A stretch of 63,828 nucleotides of DNA from a virus (Duplodnaviria; Caudoviricetes): IMG/VR virus record IMGVR_UViG_3300020044_005158, positions 1 through 63,828 of that record; one strand, 5' to 3'. Below are positions 29,666-37,223 of the stretch, in pieces. The position numbers and the translations under genes were made by a program. How positions within the stretch are numbered: position 1 is the stretch's first letter; every line of letters starts with the position of its first letter. The notes beneath the pieces are model-generated. The model was not told the DNA's origin, did not search any database, and was given only the letters and a program-made list of their open reading frames with translations.

Positions 29666-29980
29666 TTATTTATTGGTTAAACTTAAATTTTGATCGATGA
29701 ATGACTTATACTGCAAAATCAATTCATCTAATTCTTTTGATTTAATTGTGTAAGGTAACCTGATGTCTTCATTGTATAGCAACACCTCTATTCGATGTCT
29801 CCAATTGGACAGCGGCTCAAAATAGACAGACATACTGTCATAATTGTTTGCACAATAGATACCTATCTTCACGTCCTTATTTATAAAGTAAGTGATTGTA
29901 TCTAACACCAATTGATTGTCTTTACCAATCCTAGCACACTGATGCGCCAGTTCTACTAGCGTCTTAATTTTTTTATTCAT
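29666..29980 (-). CDS. Hypothetical early protein
   Basis: Operon-packed ORF. Confidence 0.55.
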   Translation of the reverse strand: MNKKIKTLVELAHQCARIGKDNQLVLDTITYFINKDVKIGIYCANNYDSMSVYFEPLSNWRHRIEVLLYNEDIRLPYTIKSKELDELILQYKSFIDQNLSLTNK

Positions 29981-30192
29981 GAGTTTAAATGTTTTAAAAC
30001 GTAATCAAATCCTAATGTTTCAATCTTTCCTTTGCTAAACATCAGCTGTGTGTCATCTTCTACCTTCTCGCACTCACACGTCTTGTTCACCTCGTCAATT
30101 GATTTGATGATGTAAGCGATTGTAACTCTACCATGACTCGCAGTCGCTGTTCTGCCTTCGTAAGACTCTGAAATTCTATTCCCTATTTCCAT
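29977..30192 (-). CDS. Hypothetical early protein
   Basis: Operon-packed ORF. Confidence 0.55.
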   Translation of the reverse strand: MEIGNRISESYEGRTATASHGRVTIAYIIKSIDEVNKTCECEKVEDDTQLMFSKGKIETLGFDYVLKHLNS

Positions 30193-30379
30193 AATTTTTA
30201 TTTTTAATTTACACTAACTAGTTTACTGTAATCACAATCATCCTTAAGGATTGAAATTATTTTATCACATATGCTATGAATCAACTCTACCCTCTTCTGA
30301 TTATAGAAAAGGATAAGGTCGATGTTGCTGTCTGCATTCTCTTGCAGCCTTGATATAAGACTGTCTAGCTCCCTTAAAT

Positions 30380-30751
30380 TCATAGCTCCGTAGTTTTATC
30401 GCTGTCAATGTGGTAGTATGCCCTCTGTCCATTCTTAACTGCAAAATGTAGCGCATCGCTCTCGCTATCGTATACCCTTGAGATGTCCAATACCAAGTCC
30501 TTGCCCTCTATCCATCCACCCAAGAAATTGATTGGATTGTTTAACTCAACACCGTTCTCTCCAATGAATAGAGATACAGCTGAATGTATTAGTATCTGCT
30601 TGGTGACATCATCTCCAAAGATCGGCAAGACGGATTCGAATCCCTTCTCTGATACCACAAATCCGGTAGTTGGTGCTGTGCCAGTCACGATGTTAAATGT
30701 TGCTCCACCGTTCTCAACGATGGACGCAACGAATTCATGTAAGTTTTTCAT
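30380..30751 (-). CDS. Early phage protein (GGAT..G.VVS..LGGW..LDIS..GQ family; start MKNLH)
   Basis: Start re-called at the repeated leader motif. Confidence 0.6.
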   Translation of the reverse strand: MKNLHEFVASIVENGGATFNIVTGTAPTTGFVVSEKGFESVLPIFGDDVTKQILIHSAVSLFIGENGVELNNPINFLGGWIEGKDLVLDISRVYDSESDALHFAVKNGQRAYYHIDSDKTTEL

Positions 30752-30940
30752 GGTGTTTAGTTTTAAATGTTTATAAATTTTCGTAAATCTCAGACTCTTC
30801 CTTGATGCTGTCAACACTGATTAATTCAGCATGTTTAATTCTTAGTAATTTAGATTCAATGAGGTCTTTAATGTCCTGCTTTGTACGTGTTACATCAACT
30901 TCTAAAGTTATAGTAACTTGAATTTCTTGTGTCATAATTT

Positions 30941-31141
30941 CTAGTCTTTATAAATTGAATAATACTCGTATCCTACTCTCAGAATCTCATCGTCAGAAAT
31001 CTCTGAATGAGTTAATCCGTGAAATAACTCTAACGTATCACAATCATCCTTTAGTATATCACGGATAACTTTTAATGCCTTCTTTTCGGAGTATCTAACA
31101 TCATTGCTAGATACTGTGCCCTCGTCTATGTATGGCTTCAT
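30941..31141 (-). CDS. Hypothetical early protein (start MKPYID)
   Basis: Repeated leader motif before ATG. Confidence 0.55.
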   Translation of the reverse strand: MKPYIDEGTVSSNDVRYSEKKALKVIRDILKDDCDTLELFHGLTHSEISDDEILRVGYEYYSIYKD

Positions 31142-31327
31142 GGCGTTTAGTTTTAAATGATTAATAAATTTGTTCATGTATGTCATAACCAAACTCGTTA
31201 TGCCTTCCATTTGCTACTACTAAAGAGGCATACTTAAGCGCCTCGCTTTCGTCATGAAAGTCATCTTGTTTGCGATAAATTTCATTACCTTCTATATCTA
31301 AAAATACTATAGTGTAAAACATAACTC

Positions 31328-31573
31328 CTACGATTTAATGCCTAGTGGCGTGAATAATAATCTCTTCAATCTAATCAGACTTGCATCATCGTACAAACTA
31401 ATTAACTCAGCAGCGCGTGATGGCTGTATTGTTAGCTTGCCTAACACAATATGGTTTAGCTCACCTGCCTGCTTACTTAGTGCGATTTGCTGCAATCTCT
31501 CACGGATTGTTAGCTGTCTGATTGTACCGGCTGTCGCTTGGAAGCCAATACCATTTGGAATTTTTCCGTTCAT
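31328..31573 (-). CDS. Hypothetical early protein
   Basis: Repeated leader motif before ATG. Confidence 0.55.
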   Translation of the reverse strand: MNGKIPNGIGFQATAGTIRQLTIRERLQQIALSKQAGELNHIVLGKLTIQPSRAAELISLYDDASLIRLKRLLFTPLGIKS

Positions 31574-31596
31574 GTTTTCTAGTTTTAAATTATTAG

Positions 31597-31833
31597 TTAA
31601 TATTCTTTTTCATTTAATCCGTCATCTACAGCACTATCTGTAATGCAAGAAAAGATTTGCTGTACAATGTATTCGTTCGTTAACGCATCATTTAATATAT
31701 CTTGTGCAGTATCATCGTCACATTCGAATCTATCTTGAACGTCATTTATACTCCACAAGTTATCAACGAAATAACCTGCTTGTTTCAATACTAACTTTGC
31801 GTTAGCTATTGCAATTGCTCTACTTGTTTCCAT
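31597..31833 (-). CDS. Hypothetical early protein
   Basis: GY..NLW...DV motif; acidic. Confidence 0.6.
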   Translation of the reverse strand: METSRAIAIANAKLVLKQAGYFVDNLWSINDVQDRFECDDDTAQDILNDALTNEYIVQQIFSCITDSAVDDGLNEKEY

Positions 31834-31920
31834 GGTTTCTTAATTATATTTGTTAATGTATAAATTCATTAGTCTTGATAATCCAATAAGGATTAATCTT
31901 TGGTTTGATGCGTTCATGTC

Positions 31921-32331
31921 TTAAAGTTTTTGATAAATAACTACCTCGTCATCTAGGTGATGACAGTCTTCCAATTGCTCAAAGTCTTCTGATTCCGACT
32001 TGATGTATTCAATCACCTCTGCGTCAGACTCTGCGTCATGTAGAGCATACTCGTTCACGTCCGGATTGATGGTGACTGATACAATTCCGACTGGCAATTC
32101 TTCAAAATGTACAGCACCATAGCTGTCATACTCGTCATCATCGATTGGATTGATGCCATAAATAACTTGGCGTTCCGTTAGAACCAAGCTACCATTGTCA
32201 CCACAGAATTCCGTAGCTAAATTGATTGCATATACCTTCGCGTCATCTAATGACTCGAATTCCTTTACTTCTGCCTTGCTGTTGCTGTAGCCTTCGCCAT
32301 TGAAGGTATCTACTATAATGAATTTATTCAT
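31921..32331 (-). CDS. Acidic early protein (start MNKFII)
   Basis: Repeated leader motif; Asp/Glu-rich. Confidence 0.6.
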   Translation of the reverse strand: MNKFIIVDTFNGEGYSNSKAEVKEFESLDDAKVYAINLATEFCGDNGSLVLTERQVIYGINPIDDDEYDSYGAVHFEELPVGIVSVTINPDVNEYALHDAESDAEVIEYIKSESEDFEQLEDCHHLDDEVVIYQKL

Positions 32332-32374
32332 GATTACTTGTTTTAAATGATTAGTTAATTTTGTTAATGTATTT

Positions 32375-32683
32375 TTACCATCTGATATAAACATAATAAC
32401 TTGGACTACAAGTCACAATTTTAAATCCCTTTTCTTCAAGGTAAGGTCTCATTTTTGTTTCAACCAATCTTTGCAAGTTACCATCATTAAATAATTCCGC
32501 TACAACTTTGTTGTGTGTATCTTCATTTTGAAAACTACCAATTGATAACTCATTCCGTTTTAAATTCTCTGCAATTCTAACCATTCTCGGAAAAAGTACT
32601 TCGTCATATACTCTATCAAACTTTGGTCTATCAATATCTTTGACTTCAGATATTAAACTTCTTAATTTTTCTAAATCATTCAT
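32375..32683 (-). CDS. Hypothetical early protein
   Basis: Repeated leader motif. Confidence 0.6.
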   Translation of the reverse strand: MNDLEKLRSLISEVKDIDRPKFDRVYDEVLFPRMVRIAENLKRNELSIGSFQNEDTHNKVVAELFNDGNLQRLVETKMRPYLEEKGFKIVTCSPSYYVYIRW

Positions 32684-32857
32684 GGTTTCTAGTTTTAAAT
32701 TGTTTATTACTTTATTTCGTAGTTGATATACTTGATTCCTTGTTTTCCGTCAACCTTGGCGATGTAATTCTCCAAGTGACGGATGTCATTGAATTCCTTC
32801 ACTACTTGGTAGTATTCCTTGCGTGAATTCTTGAACGTGATTACTGCTGTCATGACT

Positions 32858-33112
32858 CTAATTTTTGTAGTATTCATACTCGAATTTATTTCTGATTTCT
32901 CTACCGTATGCCGTATCAAATCCGTATGACGTAGCGCCTTGTATTGTGTTTGAACGCTCGATGATGTAGTGAAACAAGTCTTTCTTGTCTAATTTGTGAC
33001 ATTTTGCCGTCTCAATGATTGCATAGTACATTCTGTAGATGTCATGCTTCATTGCACCATAGTTGCTAGTGATGTAGTCAATTATGTATTTCTTACTGAT
33101 TGTATTTCTCAT
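32858..33112 (-). CDS. Hypothetical early protein
   Basis: Repeated leader motif. Confidence 0.55.
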   Translation of the reverse strand: MRNTISKKYIIDYITSNYGAMKHDIYRMYYAIIETAKCHKLDKKDLFHYIIERSNTIQGATSYGFDTAYGREIRNKFEYEYYKN

Positions 33113-33171
33113 GATTTCTAGGTTTTAAAATTGTTTTTTTTCTTTATGCTATAAATAAGACAAAGAGAGTT

Positions 33172-33348
33172 TTAACTCTCTCTTGCTTTTAAATACTCAG
33201 ATTGCGCTCTCATAGCAATGAGTTTTAGTTTCAATGCATCTATTTTCTCATACATAGATTCACTAATCCACCATTCTTCAGCATCTACTTTGTTTAAAAG
33301 GAATTGCATTAATTCTATTTCTTCATAAGTTAAGGTTATCTTTTTCAT
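33172..33348 (-). CDS. Hypothetical early protein (58 aa, MKKITLTYEE...)
   Basis: Manual translation; repeated leader motif. Confidence 0.55.
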   Translation of the reverse strand: MKKITLTYEEIELMQFLLNKVDAEEWWISESMYEKIDALKLKLIAMRAQSEYLKARES

Positions 33349-33386
33349 AATTTCTAGGTTTTAAAATTGTTACAATTTGATTACTG

Positions 33387-33584
33387 TCATGATTTAATTA
33401 TTTGATTGATTAACTCACTTTTAAATGGTTCTAATAATTCAGTTGATGGAATTATTTTTTCACCTTCAACTAAACGTATTTCAGATAAATTATCTTTACT
33501 CCATAATCCTATTTCATTATTTGAATATCTTAATGGAGTATTGTCTTTTTTGATTACTACAAAATCAGTTGGGAATAATATCAT
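33387..33584 (-). CDS. First early gene, hypothetical
   Basis: Repeated leader motif; directly downstream of the hammerhead. Confidence 0.55.
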   Translation of the reverse strand: MILFPTDFVVIKKDNTPLRYSNNEIGLWSKDNLSEIRLVEGEKIIPSTELLEPFKSELINQIIKS

Positions 33585-33612
33585 AATTTCTAGGTTTTAA
33601 ATATTTACGTTT

Positions 33613-33661
33613 GCTTTTCATCCTTTAGGAATCATCAGTCAGCATACACATGCTGAGAAGC
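33613..33661 (-). ncRNA. Type III hammerhead ribozyme
   Basis: Minus strand GCUU-C-UCAGCA-UGUGUA-UGCUGA-CUGAUGA-UUCC-UAAA-GGAU-GAAAAGC: full core and three stems. Confidence 0.8.
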
Positions 33662-33856
33662 GAGGGAATTGGCTTAGACTTTTCAGCCCCGTTCCCTCAT
33701 TCGGACGTCTTAAATGATTTCTTGTTTCAATGGTATATTGTCGAAAGTATAGAGAAACAATAAGGTCTATACTACCAAGGCTTTCCACCTCTAGTCAAAC
33801 CATGTAAGGAACTATTTTACTGACTATATTTTGTTTGTTGCCTATCTCATCAACCG

Positions 33857-33873
33857 ATATGTGTAAAGAACTT
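33857..33873 (-). promoter_or_regulatory. boxA-like antitermination motif AAGTTCTTTACACATAT
   Basis: Resembles boxA (GyTCTTTaACA) within the early leader. Confidence 0.4.
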
Positions 33874-34062
33874 ATTAATTGTATTCGTATTGTATTCTTG
33901 ACTGAGTTACTCACTACTCATTAAGACTGTGCTTGTACCATGCCTTAACTCTTCGTACTTCTCTCACCTCATGTAGCATACTGATTCATCATCGTAACAT
34001 CTGAAAGGCTTGTCATTTGTAAGCTAAGTAAAAGTGAGAACGTTTTCCCGACTTGCTTGAAA

Positions 34063-34094
34063 CAAATCTACTACAACTGTTTTGATTACACAAG
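34063..34094 (-). promoter_or_regulatory. Early promoter (-7 TAGATTTG, -33 CTTG, 20-nt spacer)
   Basis: Bacteroidota promoter geometry at the head of the leftward arm. Confidence 0.6.
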
Positions 34095-34130
34095 TTATTA
34101 TGTTAAATAGAACGAAAATAATTGCATAAA

Positions 34131-34184
34131 TTCGACGAATGACCTAATTCCTTCGACGAATGATAGGAATTCTTCGACGAATGA
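34131..34184. repeat. Three TTCGACGAATGA direct repeats, 21-bp period
   Basis: Copies start at 34131, 34152 and 34173. Confidence 0.85.
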
Positions 34185-34445
34185 TTAAAACGATTTAACA
34201 TCATTACTTAAGTCATTGAGAATGAATGAATTAACTCCCCTTACGCGTGCGCGTGTATATGTGCAGGATTTAATTAACGGGAGAATGGGGGATTGGTGTG
34301 GCTATTCAAACAGTCAGCAAGTACGAACGCATGCAAAAGTATCAGGCAAGATAACGCCAAATGAATGGATTGAATTGGATCCGGCAGACAGGCAGAAAGA
34401 ATGCATGACAGCATAAACGCTTGGGCATCAGCGCATTAGCAATGA

Positions 34446-34473
34446 CTGTCTTATAATATACATTATGTTAAAT
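34446..34473 (+). other. dif-like XerC/XerD recombination site
   Basis: CTGTCTTATAA-TATACA-TTATGTTAAAT: 11-6-11 layout, perfect XerD arm. Confidence 0.8.
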
Positions 34474-34762
34474 AGAACATGAATTGATGCGTAACGGTAT
34501 GGATGTCAGGCAGTTATACTGTATGACTTAAAGTAATACATCAAGCCTCAACACATGCATAACATAGGCAACATGTAGGTACATGCATCAGCGCATAGCT
34601 AGTGTACGTAAGGCATGCAGACAAAAAGGTAAAAAGTTAGGACGAAAGTCTGAAAACAAGCACCCCCCCATGCCGATTTTGGACGCTTTCCTTTCGCCCG
34701 GGCGCGCGTGAAATGTATATATAACGTAAACTCTCCGCACGTGCAATAACTCAAAAATTCTT

Positions 34763-35072
34763 TCTGACGTCAAATGTTAAAAAATGACGTAAAACTGACG
34801 ATACTGACGAATTACTGACGAAGTGCCCCTTCTGTAACCCTTGATTTTGCTGGATTCCTGACGGTACTGACGATTACTCTCCTATTAAGATTTCTTTAAA
34901 TAAAAAATAAGGTAAATAGTATATATATTATTAGAATATAATAGGGGACCACTTCGTCAGTATCGTCAGAAACTCAGTAAAACTGGGCATCTTGAAAATC
35001 CGTATCGTCAGTTTTTCGAGTTTTACGTCAGTCATTGATACTTTTACGTCAGGAATCGTCATTTATCGTCAG
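34763..35072. repeat. Iteron-like element B: TGACG x7, AT-rich core, CGTCA x7 (candidate replication origin)
   Basis: Same architecture as 29041-29257; core is its reverse complement. Confidence 0.7.
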
Positions 35073-35116
35073 TTTGCGAAAGTGTGATCGGCTCCGCTTC
35101 GTTAGAGATAATTCAT

Positions 35117-35124
35117 TATCTTTG
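35117..35124 (+). promoter_or_regulatory. First rightward -7 box TATCTTTG (TAnnTTTG also at 35310, 36530, 37200, 39618, 39780, 42867, 45414, 52471, 55874, 56482)
   Basis: Recurrent TAnnTTTG just upstream of + strand genes. Confidence 0.7.
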
Positions 35125-35147
35125 CGGTATAATTAAAACATTAGATC

Positions 35148-35303
35148 ATGCAAAAAGCTACAAATAGAGATTACCCACTAGCTCCTACATTCTCAAAAGA
35201 TGACAAGGAGAAGAGAAAGGAGAAGAGAAAGCAAAATAAAATTGAGAGAAGCTCAGGTCTTGAGTACGAGCCGAAGGTACGTAGACGTCACATGAAGGGA
35301 TAA
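35148..35303 (+). CDS. Small basic protein (51 aa, MQKATNRDYPLAPT...)
   Basis: Manual translation; own promoter. Confidence 0.55.
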   Translation: MQKATNRDYPLAPTFSKDDKEKRKEKRKQNKIERSSGLEYEPKVRRRHMKG

Positions 35304-35346
35304 TTTACTTATCTTTGCACCTGTATATACATTAAAAAAATAAATC

Positions 35347-36045
35347 ATGGCAAGACAACTAAATAACAATACTGTAAAGCCTAAAAAAAAGAATGATTTT
35401 GGAGTCATGACTCCTGAAGAAGAGGCAAGATTCAGAAAGGAGTATAACATACCAAAAGACAAGGATATCACGATATCTGAAGGAGACTTGACGAATTATC
35501 GAAAAGGATTAGTTGACGGTAAGTTGGCATACAGCTTAAATGACAAGAAGGTACCAGAGAAACCAAAAAGAGAAGAGATTACAGCAAAGTTACCTACAAA
35601 GAAGTTGGTATCTAAACCTATAGATAAATCAATTCAGAAGAGTTCCACTCCTAAGAAGGAAGCTGTTGAGAAGCCTAAGTTCGAGCCATCTCCTAAGACT
35701 AAGAAGTTAACTAAGGGTAGTGGAAGAACAGGTAATATTGGAACTGCTATAAAGAATGTTGTTGGAAAGCGAGTATTCAAGAAAGAAGAGAAGATGGCTG
35801 GTGCATACAACAGAGCTACAAGTGCATCTGGAACTGGTTCTCAAGCTGGAATGAATAAAGCAGATAGAAGTATAGACCTAAAAGATCAAATTAAAGATCT
35901 TAAGTCAGTAAGAAAGGACGTTAAGAAGAGTACTGGATACGATGTAAAGAAAGACATAAAGGACACCAAGAAGGCTTTAAAGTGGTCTGATCAGGTTGGA
36001 TCTTCAAAAAATAGGTATCTATCTATTAGTGGTAGAAAGAAATAA
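35347..36045 (+). CDS. Lys-rich basic protein
   Basis: Own promoter; low-complexity basic composition. Confidence 0.65.
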   Translation: MARQLNNNTVKPKKKNDFGVMTPEEEARFRKEYNIPKDKDITISEGDLTNYRKGLVDGKLAYSLNDKKVPEKPKREEITAKLPTKKLVSKPIDKSIQKSSTPKKEAVEKPKFEPSPKTKKLTKGSGRTGNIGTAIKNVVGKRVFKKEEKMAGAYNRATSASGTGSQAGMNKADRSIDLKDQIKDLKSVRKDVKKSTGYDVKKDIKDTKKALKWSDQVGSSKNRYLSISGRKK

Positions 36046-36159
36046 TAATTTACCGTTCATCATTTTATTTAACCGTTCATCATATTTTTGGTGGACGGTT
36101 TGTTTTTTATGTATATGTTCGTAATGTAATTAATCAGTAATAATTTAAAACAATAAATC

Positions 36160-36492
36160 ATGAAGACAACAATTTTATTATTAGCGATGACACTATCGTT
36201 CGCTGCACAATCTCAGACACTTAGTAATCCAATAGTTCTAAAGAACTTCAGCAAGGACATGGATAGAAACATCTGGTACACATCAAGAGATCCTGAGGAG
36301 AAAAACACTAGAAGAATTATCGGGACAAATGAGGTCATGGACGGGTACTACCAAGAGGTGGTTGAGTACTTCAACTTCGACCCAGAGGTTCCGACAAGAG
36401 TAGACGGAGTAGTTAAGATCTGGGAGGACGACAACTACCTAATAAGAGTTCCTATAAATAACCATACTCAAATATCAATAGAAAAACTATAA
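36160..36492 (+). CDS. Secreted/periplasmic protein
   Basis: Signal peptide MKTTILLLAMTLSFAAQS-Q; followed by terminator 36498-36525. Confidence 0.7.
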   Translation: MKTTILLLAMTLSFAAQSQTLSNPIVLKNFSKDMDRNIWYTSRDPEEKNTRRIIGTNEVMDGYYQEVVEYFNFDPEVPTRVDGVVKIWEDDNYLIRVPINNHTQISIEKL

Positions 36493-36551
36493 AAATTGAG
36501 ACCGAGAGATCGGTCTCTTTTATTTTTGTTATCTTTGTTAAAAAATAAATC

Positions 36552-37031
36552 ATGGCAGTAATAGAGGAAGGAACACAATTCATAGGGGTATCAGCAAATG
36601 TACCTATACCAGAGAACAAGTCATCGCAGAATAATTCCTTTCAGGAGGTATACACGATTGAGGACATATCAGAAAATGCTAAGTACGGAGAAATAGAAGA
36701 CTTTTTTGTTTTTACACAATATGACCAAAATATAGTAGTGCTTAATCTTTTATTTAAAAAAACAGGAGAACAAGTTAATGGAAAGCCAGAGTGGGCTGCT
36801 GAAGATAATTATACATATTTTATTAGAATTAATGGTGATCAGACTATATGGAAACTATATCAAGATGATAATGATATAGCATCAATAGATGATGCTGGAT
36901 CAGGATACAAATACCCACCATCAGGAGACTGGGACTTTAATGGAGATCTTTATCCTGTCACTATATCCTATGTATCTGGGTCAATTCAGCAAGCGATTGA
37001 ACAGATTTCATTGATTGCCTTCATTAAATAA
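36552..37031 (+). CDS. Hypothetical, probably virion-associated protein
   Basis: G.QFIG....E.KS..NN..EVYTIEDI N-terminus. Confidence 0.55.
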   Translation: MAVIEEGTQFIGVSANVPIPENKSSQNNSFQEVYTIEDISENAKYGEIEDFFVFTQYDQNIVVLNLLFKKTGEQVNGKPEWAAEDNYTYFIRINGDQTIWKLYQDDNDIASIDDAGSGYKYPPSGDWDFNGDLYPVTISYVSGSIQQAIEQISLIAFIK

Positions 37032-37056
37032 TAAAATAAAGCATAGCAACATACAT

Positions 37057-37093
37057 AAGCCCGGACATTTATTTATGCTCCGGGCTTTTCTTT
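37057..37093 (+). terminator. Intrinsic terminator
   Basis: AAGCCCGGA..TCCGGGCTTTT. Confidence 0.7.
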
Positions 37094-37223
37094 ATACAAA
37101 AAGTGCAATAAGACGCACAAATTAAGTATTTTTCACCTTAATTAAGTACTTTTCACGTAAGAAAGTGCATTATTACGCACGATTATATAATATTTTGACT
37201 ATATTTGCTAAAAATCTAATAAA

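Noticed and set aside
33825-33860. Second hammerhead (TTGATGAG) in the leader
   Set aside because: Lacks the core C, the GAAA and consistent stems
34131-34184. Mini-CRISPR array
   Set aside because: 12-bp repeats with 9-bp spacers are far too short; no cas genes
34216-34773. ORFs 34216-34416 and 34588-34773
   Set aside because: They lie in the regulatory region, with weak starts and no protein-like features
37099-37182. CIRCE element before groEL
   Set aside because: Does not match TTAGCACTC-N9-GAGTGCTAA
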